DNA of 64,000 bases, taken from positions 8,806,001 through 8,870,000 of the forward strand of contig CM075988.1 in assembly GCA_038087875.1 (NCBI GenBank), written 5' to 3'. The stretch comes from Malacoraja senta (lineage: Eukaryota). Position 1 is the first letter of the stretch. The number at the start of each line of letters is the position of its first letter. Shown here one piece after another: positions 1 to 11,966 of the stretch. Both the position numbers and the translations under genes were made by a program. The notes beneath the pieces were generated by a model that was given only the letters and a program-made list of their open reading frames with translations, was not told the origin of the DNA and did not search any database.

Positions 1-669
1 GGCTTTCCTGTGCATTCCTAAAAAATAATGAATTGATAAGTGTCCAAAGTTATGTCAGCAGATATAGTAGCCAAATTGAGTATTGCAGCTTCTCAGTAAC
101 AATAGATGATTGAAATATTAAATAGTATTTTGAAGGATTGGATTGAAGGAAGAATGAATATGCAGAACATGTCCAACTTTGATAAAAGTGCGGAGCAAAG
201 AAAGAAAACAACAAAATCACCAGACATCTGTTTGGAATGGGAGAAAAATATTCTGCTTCCTGAGATTAAAAGTTAGACCAATTTTCGGAAGGTTGTGTCA
301 ACTATTTTCGGCTCTGCTTCTAACGAGGCTTCCTTTCCATCAGCTGATCTGTGTAAACAATCAAGTGGTACACTAAGGAGAACTCTAGGACATTCCTATT
401 CCTCCCTACATGGTAAACGCCCAACACTCCCCTGAGCATAGCTGTAGCTCAGAGATAAAGTATCTTTCAATGTTTACTGCTATAATTGGGTTCTGTTTTT
501 AAGTAAACAAACGTAAGTGATGGGCAATAGACACCATAGTTTGAAAATGGCGTGCTCTCATGGCATTTGTGCCCTGCTGGTCTTGTATCTGCTGCTAACA
601 TTCTGCAACGAGGAACTTTATGAAATGTTGAAAGGACAGCAAGAGGGAAAAGAGAACGATGGGCTTGCA

Positions 670-886
670 GATTGACACAAAAAGCTGGAGTAACTCTGCG
701 GGTCAGACAGCATCTTTGGAGAAAAGGAATAGGTGACGTTTCGGGTCGAGTCTGAAGAGTGTAGAATGGTCTCGATCCGAAACGTCACCTATTCCTTTTC
801 TCCAGAGATGCTGCTTGACCCGCTGAGTTACTCCAGCTTTTTGTGTCTATTTTCAGTTTAAACCAACATCTGCAGTTCCTTCCGAC
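670..886. mobile_element. Penelope-type short repeat in inverted (hairpin) configuration with 14-bp TSD
   Basis: Arms about 675-750 and 771-847 are reverse-complementary; TSD acgatgg(g/a)cttgca at 656-669 and 887-900. Confidence 0.7.
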
Positions 887-1777
887 ACGATGGACTTGCA
901 CTTGTGCAACACCACTCAAAATCTCAAAATGCTCCTTGGAAGATTACTGTTAATTAAAGTACTTTTGGATTGTGGTCATTGTGAAAATGTAGGAATCTCA
1001 ACTCAAATTTTTAAACATCAAGAGAACCCAAAGCAGTTTACAATGAATTTGTAGCATAGTTTCACTTGCAGGAAACACAGAAGCCAATCTGCATGCAATA
1101 AGATCTCCCAAGGGGTAACTTAACATTAGTTTATTGATGTGGGTTGAGGAGACAAATATTGGCCAGAACATTAGAAATGATTATCTGGGAGCGTCCAACA
1201 TTATTAATTTTATCTCCCGCACTAAATCTTCATGGTACAGATATATACAGTAATACTGCCCCAGGCCTCAGCTTCCCCCCTAGTCATTTTGACATTTTGT
1301 GAGCATCTGACCACCCTTTCCCACAGCACACTGTGCCCCAACACATTCCCACAGTTTTTCTAAACAGTTAGTACTAGAGGAAACAGCAGGATTTTTCAGA
1401 ATAGATTTAATAACTTTAAGTACATTACGTGACTATGTTTCCTGCAAGAATTAGTTCCACCACTTCCCCCTGCCAGTCTTCTGCCTTTCTTTCCATAATC
1501 TGTTTAAGTCTGGTTCCTGGGGGCAACTTCCCTCATCGGAAGTTGGATCTGAGTTTTGTACGTCCTGTCACTAAAGAGCAAATATATCTTCTCTACTTTC
1601 ATTCAGGAAGTCTGCTTGATTAGAACAGGTTATATACCATCAGACCACAGAAGGGGTAGCTCTGCTGACAGTGGAAGGCAGCTTCGAATCTTTGGTCAAC
1701 CATGCTGACTGGCATCAGAGCTGATGAACGAAACAGCAAAGAACCAACAACATTTGTTTAAGATGTTAAACGATGGT

Positions 1778-2097
1778 TGCAGCAGTGGCACTGTGGTAGA
1801 GTTGCTGCCTTACAGCGCCAGAGACCCAGGTTCGATCCTGACTATGGCCGCTGTCTGTACAGAGTTTGTACATTTACCTGTGACCGCGTGGGCTTTCTCC
1901 AGGTGCTCAGGTTTCCTCCTACACTCCAAAGATGTACAGGATTGCAGGTTAATTGGCTTTGGTAAAAAAATTGTTAATTGTCCCTTATGTGTAAGATAGT
2001 GCAAGTGTGTGGGGTGATCGGCGATTGGCGTGGATTCGGTGGGTCGAAGGGCCTGTTTCCGTGCTGTATCTCTAAAGTCTAAAGTCTTAAATCTAAA
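1778..2097 (+). mobile_element. tRNA-derived V-SINE (HE1-like)
   Basis: A/B-box-like head (ggttcgatcc), V-domain core, CR1-like 3' end, (TCTAAAG)n tail. Confidence 0.85.
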
Positions 2098-3948
2098 GCT
2101 GGACTACCGATAGAGAGCAGGATGACCTCCTGCCCTCAGGCAACACAGGACTGGAAAGTAACAATGGTAATTTAAAACAAGACAATTAGGCTGTGTATCT
2201 AGACAGGGAAAGTTATTTCAGCAATCTGACTATCACAGTAGAGAAACTGGGAACGCAGATTCATTAATTAAACACTTTAAACATTTATACACATTGTAGG
2301 GAGATTTGAGAGGACAGTTGTGAATTTTGTAACTACAGAGATCTTACGCATTATCTTGTTCATTCATTCACAGGGTGTGAACATGGCTGGCAATGTGGCA
2401 TAATTCTGTGGCCCTAATTGTCCTTTCATTGAGAGTCGTGGTGTGGAGTGGTATAGGGACTGTGCTGTCCAGATTTGAATCCAGATAGATTTCATTACAG
2501 GTGGAGTAGATCTCCTGGATACTGATCCAGTAATTTAACTATTACTCGCAATGTACACGAAAATGTGGGCATAATGGCGGGTATTGATTATGTAATGGTA
2601 AGGGTAATGGCAGAGTTGAAGAAGACATTAGAGAAAACTATCAAGGGTAGTGGTCTTGGATAACCATTAGTTGTGAAGATTTCATGATCAGTTGGGAATG
2701 AGGAGGAGATGCACCCCTGGCCAAAGTTGAACAGAGGTAGAGGTTTGTACAACAATAGGACATTCCAGAGATTGATTGAAAGATGGGGCATGGAAGGAGG
2801 CCCTTCGGCCCACAGAGTCTATGTCGACCTTCATCACCCTGTTCACACTATCTCTATTGCATCCACTCCATACACACCAGGGGAAATGTAATCTCCCTAT
2901 AGGCCAGTTAACCTACAAATACACGTTTTTTGAGATGTGGGAGGAAACTGATGCGTTCACAGGGAGAACATGCAAACTCAACACCCGAGGCCAGGATCAA
3001 ACCCAGGTGTCTGGTGCTGCGAGATAGCAGCCCTGCCGGCTGTGTCTCAATGCCATGCTTTGCTGCTTGTGGGGAACGATAGAGCAATAAAGTTATTTAA
3101 TCAAACTTTTGATATTCTTCGGATTGAAATAACGAGTGATGGGTGGATACAGGCGAGGGGGGGAGTTTGATTGGCAGATGGTTGGACAAAAGCCAGAGAT
3201 AAAAAGGTAGGTGTGAGATAAGGATAGAAGAGTTGTTAATTGTGAAGCCAGAAGAAGGAATATAGGTGGAAAGGGAGAGATAAGGGAAGAAACAACAGTC
3301 TCAAAAAATGCTAGGAACATTCAATAGGTCAGACACCATCTGCAGAAAAAGAAACAGAGTTCAGGCCAGAGACTCTTCATCATGAAAAGGTCATTTTAAG
3401 TTGCAGAGAAGGTGGCTGGAGGTATGGGTGGAACAAAAGGAATATCTGCGATAGGGTGAGGTCAAAGACTGATTTGCAGGGTCCAGTTGCTCAAATGGGT
3501 TAACCTGGACAGTTGTAAAGTGGTCTGTCTAATATGGGAACTTTCAAACAAGTATTTATCAGAAAAAGTGACTCGCCCTGAAGCTGATAGAGCATTGTTA
3601 GAACAAAGTAATTCCTAGACTATTGACATTTGTCATGGCAACGTGAACCAGGCAGATTTTACGCCTGGATGCTTGTCAGGTTTTTGCAGAGGGTTGAAGC
3701 CTGGCTCTGTCTAGGATTCTGGCAGTGAGACAACCCCTTGAAGTGCCATGGATGGTTATTAACTCCTACCAGGGATGGGACATAAGATATTATTGGGAGG
3801 AGGGTGCGGTTGGAGAAGGAAGTGGCCACTTCTAGCAGAAGGCCCAATGGCTGTTGGAGATGTTTCCTACTTGGTCTCATTACCTGACAGCTGTTATAAA
3901 GCACATTTGGATGTCTAATCGACCATGTTGGAACTAGAGCTTCCAGTA

Positions 3949-4250
3949 GGGCGGGCGCAATGGCGCAGCGGTACAGTTGCTGCCTTACAGCGCCAGAGAT
4001 TCAAGTTCGATCCTGATTACAGGTGCTGTCTGTACGGAGTTTTTACGTTCTCCCTGTGACCGCATGGGTTTTCTCCAGGTGGAATGCCCAAAGGTGGAAT
4101 GTATAGGTTCGTAGGTTAATTAGCAACGTTATAAATTGTAAATTTTCTCACGTGCGTAGGATAGTGCTAGTGTACAGGGTGATCGGTGGTTGGCGTGGAC
4201 TCGGCAGGCCAAATGGTCTGTTTCCACGCTATATCTCTAAAGTCTAAAGT
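3949..4250 (+). mobile_element. V-SINE
   Basis: Same head, core and tail as the other copies. Confidence 0.85.
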
Positions 4251-4925
4251 CAATAGTGAACTGTGGCTGCAAGAGCTCACATCAATGGCAAAGGGCTGCA
4301 ATTTATCGACAGATGCATGAAGTCTGTGCATTATTGCACAGAGATTTGTAATTCTAATGTGCATTATAGTTTGCAGAATATTCCGTCTCAGCCCTGCATG
4401 GAACTGATGTGGATTTCTTTCTAATTTAGTACACTTTAACACACCTTTAAGGAAAGGCAGACTGTGTTGGGCAGACTGACGTGTCAAAGCACCTGTTCCT
4501 TTCTGTCATGAATTGTATGTCTTTTGCTCAACTGAATTTCTAGTTCGGGTCTTATCAAAGGAAAGTTGACATGGTATTTACTGACTTGGGCTCTCCACAC
4601 GGTTTATCATCTGACCTACATTGATATTACACTACACAAGTGTGCTTGTGCCAAACCAAGGCCGCAGGGTCATAAGTGATAGCAGAAATAGGCCATTCGG
4701 CCCATCAAGTCTACTCCGCCATTCAATCATGGCTGATCTATCCCTCCCTCCAAACCCCATTATCCTGCCTTCTCCCATAACCCCTGACACCTGTACTAAT
4801 CAAGAATCTATCTATCTCTGCCATAAATATATCCACTGACTTGGCCTCCACAGCCTTCAGTGGCAAAGAATCCCACAGATTCACCACCCTCTGACTAAAG
4901 AAATTCCTGTGCCTTACAGCTTTAC

Positions 4926-5235
4926 AGGGCAGCACAGTGGCGCAGTTGATAGAGCGGCTGCCTCACAGCGCCGGAGACACGGGTTCGATCCTGACCTCGG
5001 GTGCTGTCTGTGTGGAGGTTGCACATTCTCCCAGTGACTGCGTGGGTTTTGTCCAGGCGCTCTGGTTTCCTCCAACATCTCAAAGACTGTAAGTTGCCCT
5101 GAACGTGTAGGACGAGGATGCGAGAGTGGGATAACATAGAACCAATGTAACCGGGTGATCGATGGTTGGCGTGGACCCAGTGGGCTGAAGGGCCTGTTTC
5201 TGTGTTCTATCTCTAAACTCTAGACTCTAATCTAG
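4926..5235 (+). mobile_element. V-SINE
   Basis: tggcgcag A box and ggttcgatcc B box, V core. Confidence 0.85.
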
Positions 5236-5439
5236 ACTCAAGAATGTCACGACGGAACTGAAACAATTTTGGATTAATAAAAAAACGAGTTTGGTGCAGA
5301 AAGGAAGGAACTGGAACAAATTCAAAAGCATTTTTAAACAAATTGTACTTCTAGACGTGACTCGTTGCATGTGTCTTTGTAATAATGGAAGTTGAGGCAT
5401 ATATCCCAGTTGTTATAATGGACCTACTGGGGATTCTCA

Positions 5440-5770
5440 GAGGGTTAAACAGGAAATCAGTTCCCGTCTGTTGGGAAGCAGTTTTCTCAGCAGCCTTTAT
5501 GCGTCTTTGAGCTAAAGGTTGCGGCCTATCTGTGGCGTGGGAAATTATCAGCACGTACTCAGTCCTATCAATGGGCCCCATATCCTGACATTGTCTGGCA
5601 GAGTCTATTTCTTCATTAGGCCAAGTAGCGGCAGGACAGAGAGAATAGCGTTGCCGTGGTTGTTCTGTACAGGGCTGTTCCGTCAGCTGCATTCTCACAT
5701 TGTCCAGCTGCATTCTCCCATTGTCTCGCATTCTGACGCAAATATTCAGGACTGAATTTATTTCTCACAG
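5440..5770. promoter_or_regulatory. Candidate endothelial enhancer
   Basis: FOX:ETS TAAACAGGAAAT 5446-5457, RBPJ CGTGGGAA 5536-5543, SOX CATTGT x3; motif evidence only. Confidence 0.4.
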
Positions 5771-5858
5771 GTTACCACTCCTTATAGTTTAGTTTACTGC
5801 CAGGTGTACCACTGTGAACAGTGTTTCTGTTGTGTTCTATCCAGTCAGCCGAAAGACT

Positions 5859-5953
5859 CAGTCTGAAGAAGGGTGTCGGCCCGAAACGTTGCCTATCTCC
5901 TTCGCTCCATAGATGCTGCTGCACCCGCTGAGTTTCTCCAGCATTTTTGTGTA
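5859..5953 (+). mobile_element. 95-bp Penelope-type mini-element with hammerhead-like core
   Basis: Perfect 13-bp TSD cagccgaaagact at 5846-5858 and 5954-5966; near-identical copy at about 29206-29297. Confidence 0.75.
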
Positions 5954-6579
5954 CAGCCGAAAGACTATACATGTCGTGATGAGTGAGATGGAATATGTTG
6001 GTCGGTGTGGGCAAGTTGGGCCGGAGGGCCTGTTTCCAAGCTGTATGACTATGACTATGATTACAATCAAGCCGTCCGCAGCGTACAGATACTGGAGAAA
6101 GGGAATAACATTTAGTGCAAGATAAAGTCCGATTAAAGATAGTCCAAGGGTCTCCAATGAGGTAGATAACAAGTCAGGAGCGCTCTCTAGTTTGTGAATA
6201 TTGGTTGGTTGGTTCGTTCATTATATTCACTACATAGGAGAAGTGGGGATTAAGCCCCCATTCCATGTCCAGTGAGGCTGCTAAAATATTGCAGTCACTT
6301 CAACCAACACTCTCGAAACATTTAAAAGCTGTAAATTTTGATACCGACAGTCCAAACCTCAGAGGCGCAATTGTGGAATGTATTACTGAGTTGAAGAATT
6401 CATCATACACTGTAATTTCAGGATAGAGATGAGCAATGAGAGCTTGGTTTGTCTGTGGGCTTGTAGAAAGCTGCCCTCGAGACAAACATCTTCATACACA
6501 GGAATTCACATTCAGTCAGGCAAGCATGACCGCTACTGCTTTTTTAAATGGCGTTGAAGAATGGGACAGAGTTCTGTTT

Positions 6580-6714
6580 AAGCCTGAAGAAGGGTCTCGA
6601 CCTGAAACATCACCCATTCCTTCTCTCCAGAGATGCTGCCTGTCCCACTGATTTACTCCAGCATTTTGTGTCTGTCTTCGGTTTAAACCAGCATCTGCAG
6701 TTCCTTCCTACATG
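6580..6714 (+). mobile_element. Penelope-type short repeat; further copies near 8260, 8570, 9650, 10050, 12095, 14610, 21380, 21950, 22350, 33945, 35030, 37245, 39350, 43350, 45370, 45690, 46315, 49995, 60760, 62760
   Basis: Shared consensus ctgaagaagggtctcgacccgaaacgtc...gagatgctgcc...ttactccagcattttgtgtc...gcatctgcagttcc; TSD gagttctgttt flanks this copy. Confidence 0.7.
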
Positions 6715-7084
6715 GAGTTCTGTTTTATGCATGATTCATATGCTATGGTAAAGCTAGGGGTTAGCTAAACAGGGTAATAATGGCAGTGTTTGATTTACTG
6801 GGCTCAAGTCATGTGGAAAGCAGGAAGGCCTATTATTAATGCCAATACTGTCAGCTGTGGCCATTGGCAACAGCCCTTTTATATCACCTGCAACAAAGTG
6901 GGACAGGGTCTAAGTTTCTAAAGGTAAATTAAATACAGTGAGCACAGAAGATAGTAGTCTACCATTATCTCTGTGGCAATCTTCATTATATAATGTCTCC
7001 CCAAGTTCCCAGATTTTTCTTTGTAGCCCTTCTTAAATAAAGGCACAAAGTTAGCCAGAGTACCAGGACCTCACCTGTGGCTAG

Positions 7085-8032
7085 TGTGTTGGTGCGACTG
7101 TGTGTGTGCATGCAAGTGTGTGTGCGACTGAGTGTGTGTGCGACTGAGTGTGTGTGTGCGACTGAGTGTGTGTGTGAGACTGTGTGTGAGGGTGACTGAA
7201 TGTGTGCAACTGTGAGTGTGTGTGACTGTGTGTGTGTGAGACTGAATGTGTGCGACTGTGTGTGTGTGTGACTGAGTGTGTCTGTGTGATTGTGGGTGTG
7301 TGACTGTGTGTGTGTGTGTGTGTGTGACTGTGGGTGTGTGACTGTGTGTGTGTGTGTGTCTGTGTGTGTGTGTGCGTCCGTGTGTGCATCCGTATGTGCG
7401 TCCGTGTGTGTGTCCGTGTGTGTGTCCGTGTATGTGTCCGTGTGTGAGTGTGTGTCCGTGTGTGTGTGTCCGTGTCTGTGTCCGTGTGTGTGTGTATCCG
7501 TGTGTGTGACCGTGTGTGTGTGTGTCCGTGTGTGTGTGTGACTGTGTGTCCATGTGTGTGTGTGACCGTGTGTGTGTGTGTGTGTGTGTGTGACCGTGTG
7601 TGTGTGACCGTGTGTGTGTCCCCGTGTGTGTCCCCGTGTGTGTGTCCGTGTGTGTGTCCGTGTGTATGTGTCCGTGTGTGTGTCCGTGTGTGTGACTGTG
7701 TGTGTCCGTGTGTGTGTCCGTGTGTGTGTGTCCGTGTGTGTGTCCGTGTGACTGTGTGTCCGTGTGTGTGTGACCGTGTGTGTGTGTGTCCGTGACCGTG
7801 TGTCCGTGTGTGTGTCCGTGTGTGTGTCCGTGTGTGTGTGTGTGTCTGTGTGTGTGTCCATGTGTGTGTGTGACCGTGTGTGTGTGTCCGTGTGTGTGTG
7901 TGTCCGTGACCGTGTGTCCGTGTGTGTGTCCGTGTGTGTGTGTGTGTGTCCATGACCGTGTGTGTGTGTGTGTCCGTGTGTGTGTGTGTGTCTGTGTGTG
8001 TGTCCATGTGTGTGTCCGTGTCCGTGTCCGTG
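7085..8032. repeat. Compound (GT)n microsatellite/minisatellite, about 950 bp
   Basis: GT runs interrupted by GACT, GACC and GTCC units. Confidence 0.95.
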
Positions 8033-10706
8033 CGCTTTTACTATTCATAGAAGCTCATAATTATTAATTTAATAATGAAACCAGGGATCTTTGCTGAAAT
8101 GAAATATTGGTTAAGGATACAGTTGGCATTATCTTTAATCCCAGCCCAGGTTACACACCCTGCTGTCACTTGATAACTAAGATCACACATTCAGGTGGGG
8201 CACGTTAGCAATGCTGAACTGTCATAGACCTTAGAAAGAGAACAATGGAGTGGAGATACAAGAGACTGCGGATGCTGGAGTCTGAAGCAAAACGCAGATT
8301 GCTGGAGAAACTTGGCAGATCAGCATCTGTGGAGGGATTGTCAGTCGAGACCCTTCATCTGTACAGGAGACAGAGGGGGTTTGTGCAGAATTTACCAGAA
8401 CAAGTGGAGCTAAACATAATCTTCTTGGAAACCTGCCACCAATCTGACCATATGTGCTTAATAGGGTTTACATAGTCAACTTCTGTGTGAGTCTTTATTT
8501 GAGATTTATTTGGATGGAAATTAGGAACACAAATGTTTTCTTTTAATGCGGTATCATAAATAGGTGGAAACAAGGAACTGCAGATGGTGGTTTACACAAA
8601 AGGACACAAAGTGCTGGAGTAATTCATCTCTGGAGAATATGGATAGATGACGTTTCTGAAGAAGGGTCCCGAACCAAAAAGTCCTCTATCCACTTTGTGA
8701 CCTACTGTATCTTGAATTTGTCTTTTTTTTAAATATCAGTGTTTGCAGACGTGATTCTGTCCCTAGCTGTGACTACAGGAAAGGGAAGTTTGCTGGGGTA
8801 GTTTGGAGTTGTGTACTACAAAGCAGCATGACATAGAAGCAACGCTTTTGAATCAAAATCAAATGTTTATCTGTCACACAGCATCAAAGACTTTCCACAA
8901 TGAGCTGAGTCTCCACAAAACAAGTATTATTTTACACAAACAAGGTCTGGTAATACTAACTGCCAACAATTATTTGTTATCATATTATGCTGTCTCTATG
9001 TGTGGACCCCAGTGTGAATGCTCTTTGCAATTAACCTCGCACTCCCACAACCATTCTTTCAAACTATTTCTTCAAGGTTTGAACAAAATAATAATTTGTC
9101 CAATAACCGCATCAAAATGGCAGATTATACAGAGGAGTATATTTAACTTCAATGGAAGTGAAAGGCAACGTGAAAAGGTGTTCTTTGTTTCACTTGAGTT
9201 TAGTGGTTAAATAGATTGAGTGTGGTGTAAGGGAGATTCATGAACTTGTAAATCCCTCATTGAGTTTTACACGTAAGATGTTCTTATGTAGGAACAGAAT
9301 GCTGACTGTGGCAGTAACCTCAGCTTTGGTGTACAAGTGAAGTCTGGAATCGATACTTTACTTCTCATATTATCTCACAACATGCCAGTCAGCCCGTTTA
9401 GTCAATGCCAGATCTCAAAGCAATCCCATTCTCCTGTTTACTTTTCTGTAATTGTCATCTCTTCTTTACTCATTAAATGCAACCCCACCCCCTGATGTTC
9501 CTTCCACCCACTTCCAATGGGATTAATTTACAGCAGTGAACTAGCATGGCAGTCAGCATCATCTTGGGACGTGGAAGGAAACTGGAGTGAACTGAGGAAT
9601 CCATCCTCGTCCAAAGGAAGGAAGTACTACATGAGATATTCCAAAAAAAAAGTGCTGGAGGAACTCAACAGGCCAGGCATTATCTGTGGATGGAATAGAC
9701 ATTGGATTGGGACCCTTCCTCAGTGTCAAGAAGGGTCCTAACTCCAGACGTCATCTGTCCATTCCTTCCACAGATGCTGTTGACCCCCTGAGTTTCTCTA
9801 GCACTTTATTTTTTTTGTTCAAGAATCCAGCACCTGTGGTTTTGAGTGTCTCCATGAAATGTTCCAACCTAGATTTCATCAGGACCACTGAATTCCAGAC
9901 CTTATCACACCCTTAATCAGAACGTGCACCAAAGAGATGAATTTCATAGATGAGGTGATAGTGACCAGCCCCTGGCCTCAGACTGAGTGTGACATCGGTC
10001 TTGGTATAGTGGGCATCAATGAGAAAGCAGTCCAATGGCCAGAGTTATAGAAACAAGGAACTACAGACGCTGGTTTACAAGGAAAGACACAAAGTGCTGG
10101 AGTAACTCAGTGGGTCAGGTAGCATCTCTGGAGATCATGAATAGATTACGGGCTGGGAAGTTCTTCACGCTGATCGAAGTGGTGGGGGGGGGGGGGGGGC
10201 AGGACAAAACCAGACAGGTAATAGGTTCATACGGGGGGGGGGGGGGGATATAAGTTAGCGATAAGCAGATGTTTGGACAAAGGCCACTACAACTTCATTA
10301 ATATTGTTAATCCAGCAAATTTTAGCAAAATCTCGTAAGACTACTTTTACTTTGTGGAACATTTGCATCTATTCCTTTTATAATATATATGTACCTTCTG
10401 CAATGCTTATTTTAAAACAAAGTGGTGTTCCCTTTGAAATATGAAGTTTTACTTTATTAAATTACACGATGCTGCCCCCTGGTGTGTCATTCTATGTTGA
10501 CTATCGTTTGAACAAATGCCTTTGACTTTAATTCTTCATAATAAGTGTATTTGTTTCTGTTGATCAGATCCCAGCAGCGTTACACTTAGCACTAGCACGT
10601 ACTGAGTGGATGCAGTGAAATTATTTTTCTTTCATTTTTGTCAAATGGTAGATGGTGTATGAAGCTTCAGGTGGAATGGGTGGCAGATCTGCACTTTTAT
10701 ATTGTG

Positions 10707-11966
10707 CTAGACTAAGTGGGACCCATTGGGTCCCTGTCACATGGGAGGCCTGGTCCCCCAACGCAACCCGTTCCCCAACGCAATATTCCACCACTCACCC
10801 ATTCCCCCAATGCAATATCCCACCACTCACGCCTATCCCCCTCCCATCAAATCCACCCCTCCCTGCCCCTTCTCCCTCAACTCCCTCTTGCCTATCACCT
10901 CGGACCCCTTCTACACCCCTCCCTAGCCCCCTGCACTCCTCTACCCCACTCCCTCCCTCTCATTCCCCCCCTCCCTCCCTCATCCCTCTCTCCCCTCTCC
11001 CTCCTTCATCCCTCATCAGCGGGTAGACAGCGGGGCTCGGCACTGCCCCCCCTCCCCCCCCCCATCTCCCTCAACCATCCCATCTCCCTCCTCCCCATTT
11101 CCCTCATCATCCTCCCCTCACTCCCATTCCCTGCCCCAGGACCTACCCAGGTCATAGAGCAGCGCCAGGGCCTGGAACTCGGCCTGGTTCTCGTACTCAG
11201 CCCAGCCCTGGCTGTAGGAGGTCACGCACTCGCGGACCTTATCCTCGACGGAGCAGGGCTCGCTGTGCCGGTGGTGGGGTGAGGGTGGTGGGCAGCAAAG
11301 GCAGAGCTGCCCGCAGAGCAGGAAGCGGAGCCTGTGCTGCAGGATGGCGACGGCCGGACGGCCCCCGAGGTGCTGGTACACCTTGACCAGGCCCCGGGCT
11401 TGGGCACGACTCCAGCCCTCAGCTCGGCCGTCGCCTGGGATCCAGTCCAGGCTTCGACTTCATCTCCGGGCTCGTATCTGACCCCGGACCCAGGCCCAGT
11501 CCCCAGGCTCGGCCCGTGGCTCCAGCCCAGGCCCAGTCCCTGGGCTCATTCTTGGCTTCAGTCCGGGCCCAGTCCCCGGGCTCGGCCCGCGGCACCACCC
11601 TCCCCACCAGGTACTCCTCGGGCCGCGGCACCACTCCTTCACCATGGTGACTTCCAGCCGATTGACAGCGGACGCGGTGACGCCCCTTGACAGTCCCGGC
11701 TGCGCCTCTTCCTGAGTGACAGGAGAGGAGACCAATCTGCGTGGCGGCAACTGACAGCATTCTGCGCATGCACGCTTTTTACGATTTTTAAACCTCGATA
11801 ACTTTTACAATACAGCATCCATCGGAACGAAACTTGTTGCACTCGCAACACAGGAGAATGGTAAGGGGGTGAAAAATCACGGCGCTATTGTGTACCGTTT
11901 TTGTGTAAATAGAAAAACCCCGCAAACCGGAAGAGCACAAGATCAGAGTTTTAGTTATGTATTAGA
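10707..11966 (-). mobile_element. Non-autonomous Helitron carrying a captured gene fragment
   Basis: On the minus strand it starts A|TC (11966) and ends with the hairpin GGGACCCA-A-TGGGTCCC (10718-10734), 7 nt, then CTAG (10707-10710); no TSD; the base after CTAG is C rather than the usual T. Confidence 0.75.
11147..11715 (-). pseudogene. Captured, decayed exon of a SAC3/GANP-family gene, most like SAC3D1
   Basis: NRLEV, VKEWCR, YLVGRVV, YQHLGGRPAVAILQHRLRFL, ENQAEFQALALLYDLG in SAC3D1 order, ending at the phase-1 donor G|gtaggt; GC/CpG-rich. Confidence 0.7.

Noticed and set aside
547..675. Signal-peptide-like ORF MACSHGICALLVLYLLLTFC as ESAM exon 1
   Set aside because: No splice donor after the hydrophobic stretch; it runs to a stop at a repeat boundary
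6986..8067. Long His/Thr-rich and Cys/Val-rich ORFs
   Set aside because: Translations of the GT microsatellite
10652..11690. Pro-rich + strand ORFs and a CpG-island-like promoter
   Set aside because: Explained by C-rich Helitron interior and the antisense of the captured exon
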